Below are positions 12,131 through 24,737 of a stretch of DNA of 64,000 nt, in pieces. The DNA is taken from NCBI GenBank assembly GCA_043228905.1, contig JBHGNT010000005.1, forward strand, positions 9,858,001-9,922,000, written 5' to 3'. The position numbers and the translations under genes are program-made. This stretch comes from Azolla caroliniana (taxonomy: Eukaryota; Plantae; Polypodiophyta). The notes under the pieces are model-generated. The model did no database searches, had not been told where the DNA came from, and saw only the letters and a list, made by a program, of their open reading frames with translations. Positions within the stretch are counted from its first letter, which is position 1; each line of letters begins with the position of its first letter.

Positions 12131-13076
12131 TCTATTGCTAACTAACCATTGCATCTACATCTTTGTCTGTTAATTATCTTGTGTATAATCTTGTGTATTG
12201 CAGAGTAATTTTGTGTATTCTTGATGCAGATAGTCATCACTGCCACCACACTCACATAGCTGCCAACACTACTCTCGACGGTGGTTGCAATTGTCAACGT
12301 CTCAATAGCGTTCACTTTGCCGTGATAAACGATCACTTACTACCAATGTGTGCTCTGGCAAACGGTGGGATCACTCTTGTAAATAATCAGTTTGCATGTG
12401 GTATAGTCATACGACTTGTTTTTTTTCAATTTACTAATGAAGATGTCAAGCCAGATGGAAGGGGAAGGAGGGTGTTTATCAACAACCCTCATGGATCATC
12501 AGGATAGGGATCAGGCTATTAGTAAACAAAAAGTGATACGAAATTATTGGGCCGAAAAAAAAGGAAACATCGTCAAATGTTAAAGGATAAGAAAGACACA
12601 TCAACTAAAGTAAGGATAGTATTGGTTGTGATGTAGATCTGAATACCACTGAGAATGGAAGTAATGAGACTACTATCATAGAGAGAGGTTGTAGACTATT
12701 TCATTCAGAGTTGTGAATTTCAGCGTATTCCTTTTCTTCTGGATTGACAATTCGTTTCTCAATAGTGAGTGACTTTCCAAGTATGATAGTTCTAAACTCT
12801 CAGAACTATGCAGACTGAACGATAAAGATGGAGGACCTTCTCATAGTCAAAGACTTGTATGCGCCAATCGATTGAGCAGAAATACCCACGAGGTAATTAT
12901 AGTCTAAATGGAAACTTCTAAATAGAAAGGCGGTGGGCACCATCACACAATATGTTGATGTGAGTGTCCTTCATTGTGTGGCGAACAACACAAATGCTTA
13001 TGAGATGTGGCAGAAGCTGTCAGGTCTATATGTGAGTGCACATTGGTGATTAACTCTAGTGCATCTTTCCATATTC

Positions 13077-16000
13077 TGTTAGGAAATAGGTCCCTCCGGA
13101 TGGGAAGTGAGAACCGGGTGTGGCATACCCGGCAACGGAAGACTCGGTGAGAACCGGATGTGCAGTACCCGGCAACGGAAGACCCGGTGAGAACCAGATG
13201 TGGCGTACCCGGCAACGGAAGACCCGGTGAGAACCAGATGTGGAGTACCTGGCAACAGAAGACCCGGTGAGAACCGGATGACGAGTACCCGGCAAGGAAT
13301 ACCCGGTGAGAACCGGATGTTGCAGGCCCGGTGAGAACCTCTCACCAGATGGAAGGGACATATATGTAAATATGTTCCAAAGAGCCCACTGGAGCTATAT
13401 TTGTAAATAGCCCGAAAGTCATATTAGTATAAATATGACCGAGGGCAAACTTAATAATGATGATGATAGAGCTATTTGTGTAACGACTGTACAGAGAGAG
13501 AGATAGAGAGAGCGATACAGAGTATGTCTTTATTGTAACCGTCGCTAGGCGAAGACTGTGAGCAAGAGGTTGTTGCCTCTGTGCTCCTTGTTGTATTACT
13601 TGAGAGTGTGATAGTTTGGAGTCTGTGGACTCCTGTGGTTTTTCCTTCTTAAGGTTTTCCACGTTCACATCCAGTGCACTCCCAGTGCACTCTCTTCTTT
13701 TACTGTTTCATGTTTAGATACATCTCTCCACATTCCTGTTTCCTGTGGTTGATCCGACGTCTTGGTTGTGGCCGAGCATAGCTTAGGGAGGCTTATTCCT
13801 GTAAAAGTGGTATCAGAGCGAAACGACACAAAAAATGGATGATTCGTTGGGAGGCATGTTCAAGCTCACCGGTTCCAACTATTGAGTGTGGAAGTCGAAG
13901 ATGAGGGACATGCTCGTGGTTAAAGATCTTTGGTTGCCGGTTCAGTTCGGGGACAAGAGATCGGACAAAATCGATGCCACGATATGGGAGGTGATGCACA
14001 TGAAGACAACGACGTACATACAGTGCTTCATCGACATGGGTCTATACAACAACTTCAATGAAGAGAGCAAGGCTCATGTGGTCTTGGAGAAGATCGACAT
14101 TATGTTTCAAAACAAAAATGTTGTTAATCAGGTTTCGGTATTTCGGAAGCTAGTAAGACTCCGGTACCAAGATGGCTCCAGCATGGCGGAGCACATGAAT
14201 GCCTTCCAGGGGCTGATCCACCAGGAAACATCATTGGAACTACCTCTCGCCGATGAGGTACTAGCACTACTCCTGCTCGGTTCCCTCCCAGATAGTTGGG
14301 AGACGTTGGTTGTCACTTTGGGCAACGCCGGGCCGGAAGGGAAACGGTTATCCCTAGCAAGAGTGAAGTCGAGCTTGCTGGATGAAGAGGCGCGTCGGAA
14401 AGATAAGGATACGAGCTCTGACTCCAAAGCTCTTATTACCGAATCGGAACGTGGAAGACAAAGGAACCGTAGCCCCCAGAACCGGGAAAAGTCGGGGACA
14501 CGGTCGAAGTCAAGGGGGAGGCCTACTTGCTTCTATTGCAGCAAGCCAGGACACTTCCAGAAGAACTGTCTGCACTTCCGAAAAGACAAGGAAACCGACG
14601 GTACCGATTCGAAGCAGACACCGGACCGGAACGGTAAAGACCGTAGGGGAACGGACGGGAAGGGAACGACGGCAATCGCGGCAACTGAAGAAGAGTTGAT
14701 GCTCATCACCGAGGAGAGTGAGCTAAACCTTGCCGGCGACGAGATGACCTGGGTGATCGACTCCGGAGCATCGTTCCACCTTACCCCGGACCAGAAATGC
14801 TTCTCATCCTACACAGTCGGTGATCACGGTTGTGTCCGGATGGGGAATGAAGGTACATGCCGAATTGTCGGCATAGGAGACATGTGGTTGACAACACCAA
14901 CCGGATGCAAGATGTTGCTGAAAGATGTCCGACACGTTCCGAAGGTTCGACTAAACCTGATATCAACCAGTCGACTGGATGATGAAGGCTACATGGGTGG
15001 CATTCGGAACGGTGTCATGAAGTCCAGCAAAGGGAGCTTGATAGTGGCTCGGGCCCGGAAAGTCAACACGTTGTACCTGATGAATGCCCGGTTATGCCCG
15101 GAAGAAGTGAACGTGGCTTTCGACACTGCCAGTGAGGTGTGGCACAAGAGGCTGTGTCACATGAGTGAGAAGGGGATGAAGAGGCTTGCAGACGACCACC
15201 TCATTCCAGTGAAGAACGTGCACTTGGAGAAGTGCACTGATTGTCTGGCCGGTAAACAAAATCGGACCTCCTTCCGATCAAGGCCACCGATGAGATGTAA
15301 TGCACCACTGGAGTTGGTGCATATTGATGTGTGTCAAATGGACACGAAGTCATATGCTGGATCGCATTACTTCGTGATGTTCATAGATGACCACAACCAG
15401 AAGCTATGGGCCACACCATTGAAGACGAAGGATCAGGTGCTATCCGTCTTCAAAGAGCTCCACGCGAGAGTGGAAAGAGAAACCGGCCGGAAGCTGAAGG
15501 CGGTTCGAGCAGATAACGGAGGTGAATACCGGGTGCAATTCGAGGAGTATTGTCTCTTGAAGGGAATCTAGGTCGAATTTACCGTGCCGAAGACGCCAGA
15601 ACTAAACGGGTTGGCCGAGAGGATGAACCAGACCATAATGGAGAGGGTTCGGGGTATGCTGGCGCATGCAAAATTACCCAAGACGTTTTGGGTTGAGGCG
15701 CTGTCGATAGCGACGTATGTGATAAACAGATCACCCTCAGTACCCTTGGACGGAGACACGCCACAAAGATTCTGGACCGGTAAGGAAGTGTCCTACCGGC
15801 ATCTGAAGGTATTCGGGTGTCTCACGTACATGCATGTTGCTAAGGACCGAAGAGGAAAGTTGGATCCAAAGACCCGACCATGCATATTCCTTGGATACGG
15901 CGATGATGAGTTCGGCTACCGAGTGTGGGATCCGGTTGACAAGAAGGTATTTCGGAGTCGAGATATTATCTTCATGGAGGACAAGACGCTCGCCGACTGG

Positions 16001-18522
16001 GAGTTGGAGAAGAAGATAATGAACTCCGAGTCGACCGGTAAGGATCGATTCTACGATGAGCAGACCCAACCGGCAAGAGACTGGTTAGCACTCGATGAAC
16101 CAACTGGTGACGGTAAGGAGACAAGACAGGCCGAAGAGGAGGGAATAGGTGAAACCGGAACCGGCCAAGACCCAAATCGGATTCAGATGAAGAACAAATA
16201 GTGGAGCCAATTGCCTAAGGTCAAAGACGGAGATATCCTCTCAGAGAGAGAAGGGCCTCCCGAAGATTTCCGGATGCAGAGCATGTGCTGCTGACCGATG
16301 AGGGAGAGCCGGAAAGCTTCAAAGAAGCAAAGGAAGACACCCACAACCGCAAATGGTTAAGTGCCATGCAGGATAAGATGGATTCCCCGCATGAGAACCA
16401 TACGTACAAATTGGTGGAGTTGCCGAAAGAAAAATGGGCTCTCCGAATTAAGTGGGTGTACAAGTTGAAATCGGGAGATGCCGACAACCCCCCGAGATAC
16501 AAAGCCAGGATCGTGGTGAAGGGGTTCCAGCAGAAGAAGGGAGTGGACTTCGACGAGATATTTGCCCCGGTAGTAAAGATGACCTCCATCCGGATGGTGC
16601 TGAGTATAGCGGCAAGCATGGACCTCGAGGTAGAGCAGTTGGACGTGAAGACGACATTCCTTCACGGTGACCTCGAAGAGGAGATCTACATGCAACAACC
16701 GGAAGGATTCGTGGAGAAAGGGAAGGTGCACCTGGTTTGCCGGTTGAAGAAGAGCCAGTACAGACTAAAGCAGGCTCCCCGACAATGGTACCGGAAGTTC
16801 GACTCCTTCATGACCGATCAAGGGTACCACAAGACGTAGACCGATCACTGCATGTTTGTGAAGAAGTTTGAAGGAGGTGACTTCCTGATACTCCTTCTGT
16901 ACGTGGACGACATGTTGATCGTTGGACAGGACCGAGCCAAAATACGGATGCTGAAGAAGGCTCTCAACCGAACTTTCGCAATGAAAGACTTGGGTCCGGC
17001 AAGACAGATGTTGGGGATGTATATCATCCGAGACCGGCCAAAGAAGCAATTGTGGTTGTCATAGGACAAGTACGTGACAAAGGTGCTTCACTGGTTCAAC
17101 ATGTTAGACGTGAAACCGGTCGGATCGACACTTCCGGCAAATTGCAGATTATCCGGTAAGCAAAGCCCGAAGACGAAAGCAGAGAAGGCGGATATGATGA
17201 AGGTGCCATATGCCTTTGCCGTCGGGAGCTTAATGTACGCAATGGTGTGTACTCGACCGGATATTGGATACGTAGTCGGAGTGGTGAGCCGGTTTATGAG
17301 CAATCCCAACAAGGAGCACTGGAACGCGGTCAAATGGATACTCCGATACTTGAAGGGCACTTCAAATATGTGTCTTCGATTCGGCTCCGGTAAACCTCAA
17401 CTTGACGGCTTTACCGATTCGGATGTTTTGGCTGATGTGGATACCAACCAGTCTACATCCGGGTATGTAATGACATATGTAGGGGGAGTTGTTTCGTGGC
17501 AGTCAAGACTACAGAAGATGGTTGCGTTATCAACCACGGAGGCGGAGTACATGGCGGCTGTGGAAGCCGGCAAGGAAATATTATGGATGAAGGATTTCAT
17601 CGGTGAGCTCGGTATCTGACAGGATGAATACTGGCTCTATTGCGACAGTCAAAGTGGCATCCACCTTGCTAAGAACGCAGCGTACCATTCCAGGACGAAG
17701 CACATCCAGCGTAGGTATCACTAGATCTGGGAGCAAGTAGAAGATCGAGAGTTCGCGTTGACGAAGATCCACACGGCCGAGAACGGATCAGATATGCTGA
17801 CCAAAGTACTGATACCTGACACGTTGGATGCATGTTGGAAGTGGATCGGACTAGTAAGACATCCCATGCCGGAGTGAAGGGGGAGTTTGTTAGGAAATAG
17901 GTCCCTCCGAATGGGAAGTGAGAACCGGATGTGGCGTACCTGGCAACGGGAGACCCCGTGAGAACCGGATGTGGAGTACCTGGCAACGGAAGACCCGGTG
18001 AGAACCGGATGACGAGTACCCAGCAAGGAAGACCCGGTGAGAACCGGATGTTGCAAGCCCGGTGAGAACCTCTCACCAGATGGAAGGGACATATATGTAA
18101 ATATGGTCCAGAGAGCCCACTGGAGCTATATTTGTAAATAGCCCAAAAGTCATATTAGTATAAATATGACCGAGGGCAAACTTAATAATGATGATGATAG
18201 AGCTATTTGTGTAACGACTGTACAGAGAGAGAGAGAGAGAGCGATATAGAGTATGTCTCTATTGTAGCCGCCGCTAGGCGAAGACTGTGAGCAAGAGGTC
18301 GTTGCCTTTGTGCTCCCTGTTGTATTACTTGATAGTGTGATAGTTTGGAGTCTGTGGACTCCCGTGGTTTTTCCCTCTTAGGGTTTTCCACGTTCACATC
18401 CAGTGCACTCTCTTCTTTTACTGTTTCGTGTTTAGATACATCTCTCCACATTCCTGTTTTTTGTTATTGATCCGACGTCTCGGTTGTGGCCGAGCATAGC
18501 TTAGGGAGGCGTATTCCTGTCA
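13077..18522 (+). mobile_element. Copia C, complete LTR element (5' LTR 13077-13804, 3' LTR 17888-18522)
   Basis: Paired LTRs, TSD TATTC/TATTA, PBS TGGTATCAGAGC (tRNA-iMet) 13808-13819, PPT about 17876-17887. Confidence 0.96.
13835..17877 (+). pseudogene. Copia C gag-pol (CX2CX4HX4C knuckle, DSGAS protease, INT, RT YVDD, RNase H) with several stops and frameshifts
   Basis: ORFs 13886..15571, 15584..16201, 16285..16839, 16852..17064, 17074..17619. Confidence 0.93.
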
Positions 18523-20643
18523 TATTACTCCATCGAGAGAGTGTTTCTCGACCTACACAACTGGGGATCATGGCTATGTAAAGATGGGAGATAATGGGAA
18601 GTGCAGGATAGCTGGCATAGGAAGTGTAAGCCTAATGGCGATGATAGGGTGTCGATTGACTTTGAGGGAAGTTCGACATGTCCCCGATATCAGATTGAAT
18701 CTGATATTGACAAGAAGGTTGGATGATGAAGGCTACAGTGGTAACTTCCGAAACAACAAGTGGAAGTTCTTTCGAGGAAACGTCATTGTGGCTCGAGCAC
18801 AGAAAGAGGGCACACTGTATATATGATGCATGCTCAACTGTGCAAGTCGGAAGTGACTGTGGCAACCGACTCGAGTGGAGCGTTATGGCATAAGATGCTA
18901 GGCCACATGAGTGAGAAGGGAATGCATAATACATGGCGACCATGAACTTCTCCTAGAAGTGAAACTTGGAGAAGTGTGTCGACTGCTTAGTCCAGAAGCA
19001 AAACAGAGCTGCATTCCACTCAAGACCACTGAGAAGAAGAGAAGTGCCAGTGGAACTAGTACACACAAATGCGTGCTATGTAGATGCTCCATCACATCGA
19101 GGTGGACAATACTTCATGATGTTCATAGATGACTACAATCGAAAGTTGTGGGCTTTCATACTAAAATTGAAGGACCAAGTATTGTCTTTCTTCACGGAGT
19201 TCTAGGCAAGGGCAGAAAGAGAGTTGGGTTGGAAGTGGAAGGTTGTTCGACCCGACAATGGTGGTGAATAAAAAGGGAAGTTCGAGGAATACTTCAAGGC
19301 CTAAGGTATTCGAATTGAATACACAGTGCTAAAGACCCCTATGTTGAACGGGCTTGCAGAGAGGATGAGTCAAAAAATTATGGAAAGAGTAAGCAACATG
19401 TTGTCGCATGCTAAGCTTCCGAAATCATATTGGGATGAGGCGATTTATTCGACGGTTTATCTGATCAACAGGTCTCCGTCAGTGCCATTGAAAGGTGATG
19501 TCCCACAGAGGGTGTCTCCTACCGACACCTGAGGGTGTTCGGATGTTTAGATTATATGCATGTGGTTAAGGACCAGAGGTCGAAGCTCAATAGTAAGTCG
19601 AAACCATGCATATTCATGGAATACTTAGAGGATGAGTTCGGCTACAGGATATGGGACTTTGTCGATAAGAAAGTCGTGAGGAGTCGGGACGTAGTCGGGA
19701 CGTAGTCTTCTTGGAAGACAAGATGATGGAGGACTGGAAGCAATAGAAGTCGGGATCGACTTCCTAGTGGACTCCCACTACTACCGAGTTAAGGCCAAAT
19801 GAACCAACATAGTCGGCTGTTTGGAGACAACTAGTGGACACAACCGAATCCGAGTCAGTCGACTCGGAGTGACCGAATAATACAAATGAGTCGGAGTCGG
19901 GAGACCTATTGAAGTCGATCGAGGACTATGAGTCAGAATCCGCTCACCCTGAATGACCGATCGACACTTATGAACCCGAGCCAAGAGTAGAGTTGGCAGA
20001 GACATCCAGAATGGAGCTGACAATAGGTGGAAGAAGATACCCACTCAGAGAAAGAAGAGCACCGACTACATATGTGAGTGAATACATCCTCTTGATTGAT
20101 GAAGGTGAACCTGAGTGCTATGATGAAGCCATTGCCACGAGCACAAAGAAAAATGGTTGAGTGCAATGCAAGATGAGATGGACACCTTGCATGATAACTA
20201 CACCTACGACTTGGTAGAGCTACTGAAGGGTAAGAGAGCAATCAGAAATGAATGGGTCTACAAGGTGAAGACCGGAGAAGTCGACAACACACCTAGATAT
20301 AAAGCCTACATTGTGGTGAATCTCTGTCTACATACTCTATGTTTACCAAACTGTCTGCAAGTATCAAGCTAAGCCGGTTGTGTCTGTGTACTAGGTTCTG
20401 TGTGCTATTCTTTTCACTCTATTTTTCAATCATAGTTGAAATATGTTGGTGTTAGTAATGGTGCTAGGTCATTCGATAATAGAGATGTGTTTTGATTGGA
20501 AGCTAATTTTCTCTATTTCTCAATCGTAGTGGCCATCTGGCAAAGGACATGTAATATCAGATCACCTAATGAGGACAATTAGATAATGTTGTAATCTCTC
20601 CTTTGTCCAACCAAGATCCTCCAAATTTTTCTTCGTACAACGT

Positions 20644-21834
20644 TGTCGTGTGAATCTTCACACACTATGTAAAAAAATAATGAAATAATTATTATAGATT
20701 AGATTAGTAGCTTACTATAGAAAGATGGACATACTCAAGAGTTTCAAAATGTATTTTACTATATACAAAATGGAGAAATACATACCAAGTTATGAGAAAA
20801 TAAAGTTTGATTAGATAGGGAAATTAGAACTATCCCACATAGATAGGAAAGTTAAGGCCCTGGCTATATAAACACCTTGAGCTCCCTCATTTTTCATTTG
20901 TGCTAAGAGCACTTTGGCCACTTTGTCTTGATGGATGATGGTGGCCAAATTCCCTAAAACCAGAAACCGGCCGGTAAGCAAATCCGGAAGCGGGTCCGGT
21001 AAGCAAATCCAGAAACTGGCCGGTAAGCAAATCCGGAAACCGGCCGATATGCAAAACCGGAATCGACCGGCAAGCAAAACTAGAACCGGAACGGGTATGC
21101 AAACCGGCCGGTAAGCAAAACCGGAACCGGAACCGACCGGCAAGCAAAATGGAACCGGCTACCGAACGAGGTTGGACACGGACAGACGAAAGATTGGATC
21201 ATGCAACAAACTAAAGTAAAGTGAAGAGAACTAAAGTAAAGGCCATGTGGACGCAAGCAACTAAAGAAGGGAGTGCATGGAAAAAGTAAAGGTCATGTGG
21301 ACAGTCACATGCAACCAAAAGAAAAAGCTAGGCAACTAAAAGTAGAGGCCATGCAACAAAAAGTGAAAAGGCTATGATCAAGGGAGAACTCCATATTTAT
21401 TCCATTTTTTTTCCTACACAAAGGCACTCTCCATATTATCTAAATTTTTTTTCTTTTGTTGGGGAGCTCTCTTATCTTATCGAAGCCAATAACCCTAATC
21501 TTCCCTACGGAAGCTATCTCTCAAGTAAACCATAATTTCCATACGGAAGCAATCTCTCAAAATCCAAAATTCCTTGTCAAAGCCATATCACTCAAGAATC
21601 ATAATCTCTTATTTCCTCTAATCTATTATTCTAATCATCTCCATAAGATAAAACTTTTGTAATCCCAATCTTGGGATTGATTGTAATCTTTTTTCCCTTT
21701 TATTAATGAAATTTGTTAATCTTTCTCATTTCGATTAATTCTTAGTATATAAATACACGAATTTGATATCCTCTAGACAAAGGCCCCGGGGTCTTGCCTC
21801 AACGTTCACGTATCCCCATCATATTTTCGCGACA
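20644..21834 (+). repeat. Gypsy-type solo LTR with 4-bp TSD ACGT and a CCGG-rich repeat block
   Basis: ACGT|TGTCGTG...TCGCGACA|ACGT; repeat block at 20960-21160. Confidence 0.88.
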
Positions 21835-21945
21835 ACGTAAGACAAGAATGGATAAATGTATGCTAATCTTCAGACATGAGGCTATAGCAAACAATTTCCA
21901 CACTTCTATTGTAAACAATCTCAGAGTTCCACAATTCCATACAAG

Positions 21946-21948
<3 letters not shown>

Positions 21949-21986
<38 letters not shown>
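21949..21986. repeat. (CT)n microsatellite at the 3' end of the L1 element
   Basis: Direct reading. Confidence 0.9.
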
Positions 21987-21989
<3 letters not shown>

Positions 21990-24437
21990 GTAAAAGCACA
22001 CAATTATATTAATTGTATGTAAAATCCACTTAGTTACAACACTTCTTAGTATCCTCTACCTATCATATGCCTATGTAGGGAGAGGGATGTTCTGTAATGC
22101 TACTAAAAAACCTGAATATGCATTTGAGGAAATGATCCCCACATGCTCTAACATCCAAAAATTCCACATGAGAATACTTTTAAGCTTCTTTATATAGGCT
22201 TTCACCCCATGTCTATTATCAAACATGAAAGCATTACGCATATTCCAATTGTGTTGTAGACCCCAATAACGTAAAAATTGGAACAATATCTCCATCTCAT
22301 CATTTGATCCATTTTGAACATATTGAGAAAAAACCCATTGTTGAGGTCTCAAACAACAACAGGTTAAAACTTGCCAAATGTCCGATAAGTACTTCCAAAT
22401 GGTACACGCTATAGGACATTTAACGAACCTATGTGTACTATCCTCCAATGAAACGGTGCAAAAGAAACAAGTGCCAAACCCTAGTCCTCGTCTCTTTAAG
22501 GCCGAACCTAATGGGAGCCCACCAATCATGACTCTCCATATGAATACCTTTGCACAAAATGGCAAATGGGAATGCCAACTACGTTGTAATATTTTCCACC
22601 ACCTTGCATCTGACTTATATACATTCCACACCTTCGTTGCTTTAGGAGATAGCCAAGATAATGATGCCATCGCATGATGATACAATATATTTGTAGTGAC
22701 CTGTAACAAGTGTGTACCATCTTGTAACCGCCAATCTATCCAAGGTGCAAAATTGGTTTTCAATGGCAACGATCCTTGCAACAATGGTATATCATGTAAT
22801 TTCTCCCAAATAAATCATAATTTTGGGGAATACATAACCATCTCTTGGCATCTTCAAAATCCGACAACCTTTGAGATTCATTGTCAACCACATCTTCCAA
22901 ATGTACAATCCCCAATCGAAATAAACGATTGAATTGAGATCTCAACTTCTCTTTCCCATGCCAAAACAACACTCGAGAAGAAACAAGCAATTCGTTTTGT
23001 AATGAATTACAATATTCTCGATCACTTGATGTTCCCCATTCAAAAAGAGATAATGCATCTTGCCACGATCTTACCAAATGTTGTCCACATACAGAATCCA
23101 TGATGCTTGAATCTTTGTTTTCCCATGCACCAATCCTTCATGCTCAATAAAATATTGCATCATAGATATCCATGGTTGATCTTGTTGACATATATCTCGT
23201 AATAATGTAAATCTACGAGCCATCAAATGTCTTTCCAAATCCAATATTGCTACACCACCTAACCTTTTAGGAGTAGCCAAATGATCCCATGAAATCCATG
23301 TAACTCCCATCATTTCTCCCTTCCGCCACAACATGAACCGAATAGGTTGTAACATGCTTTGTAATTCCTTCTTAGTCCAAGGAAGTAAAGGCAAAAAATA
23401 TAATAACATGGGTAGCAAGATACATTGCACCACTTTGAGTCGTACATGAAAGGGCCATAATTGAGACTTCCAATACATAAATTTGTTCCTCAATTTACTA
23501 CCAATCCAATCAATCAATTGAACATTTGTAACATCAATGCCCAATGGATAACCCAAATGTCGATAAATTGAACCTCGTGTAATCTCTGACCCTCACCATC
23601 CCAAACATTCCAAATCACTCTCCGTACAAGAAATAAGGCAAGACTTCCTCTAATTTATATACAACCCTGAAGCCAAAGCAAATTGATCCCAAACTTGCAC
23701 ACTCCTTTGAAGATTTTCTTTTGAGGCTTGTAAAAACATAAAAGAATCATTTGTCAATGCTTGTGCCACCAATTGTCCACCAAAAGGAAGGTGTAAACCC
23801 ACAATATCACCATTGGCCGCAAGATTTGACAACATTACTAACAAAGGATGTGTAACAATAGCAAATAACAATGGGCTTAGTGGATATCCTTGCCGCATGG
23901 ATCTAGTAAGAAACACTTTCGGAGTGACTTTGCCATTAAGCATCACACAGGAGGTTGCATTTTGCCCTAGCAAAAAGATAAGTCGACACATACGAGGACC
24001 AAACCCCATATTATACATCACACTTGAGAGGAAAGACCAATTAACATGATCATATGCTTTTTCCAAATCTAATTGCAGTATAACCATTTCTTGATGTGTA
24101 TGTCGAGCATAATCGGTCGCCATTTGAACATTCAAAACATTATGCAATATATTTCTACTTGTAATAAAACCATATTGAGATGGATGAATAAGTTTAAGAA
24201 ATTATTAAGTTTGTTGGATAATATCTTTGCAAACACTTTGTACAACCCTCCCATCAATGAAATAGGCCTCCATTGATGAAATGACTCCGAAGAGTTCTTC
24301 ATCATGTAGATTATTCATCAATAGTACATTGCACCGAGTAAGAATATATGAAAACTTATCAATCAATTTCGTACGTCTTTTAGCATTTGTCATACCATAC
24401 ATACAATGAATATCATTGATGTTTTGTAGTGTTGTAT

Positions 24438-24700
24438 TGTTGAACACAGTGCTCGGCCACCACCGAGGAATAGGATCAACTCACAGAAAACAGGAAATAC
24501 AAAATGCACGAAGACAATAGAGAGAAGAGTACACAGGATGTTTTACGTGGAAAACCCTAAATGGGAAAAACCACGGGAGTCCTCAAACTCCAACTATCAC
24601 TATAAACAGAGATGTACAATGGTGAAGCTACAAGGCAACAACCTTGAGCTCACTGTCTTCGCCACAGGCGGCGGTAATACACAGAGGCAACGACCTCTTC

Positions 24701-24737
<37 letters not shown>

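Larger units (their letters stand above)
12783..20320 (+). mobile_element. Copia B' remnant (gag N-terminus, internal deletion, PR-INT-start of RT), split by copia C
   Basis: 12783-13032 reads MIVLNSQNYAD*..KMEDLLIVKDLY...AYEMWQKLSGLY. SASFH|ITP is rejoined across C. INT and RT-start fragments at 18523-20320. Confidence 0.85.

Noticed and set aside
13108-13345. Repeat-and-variable-block arrays resembling CRISPR (also 50890-51190, 53911-54300)
   Set aside because: The variable parts are homologous to one another, the arrays are U3 tandem repeats inside LTRs, and no cas genes are present.
20845-20935. Third tRNA-like module (AGTGGCCAAAGTGCTC on minus) in the 20644 LTR
   Set aside because: No recognisable B box.
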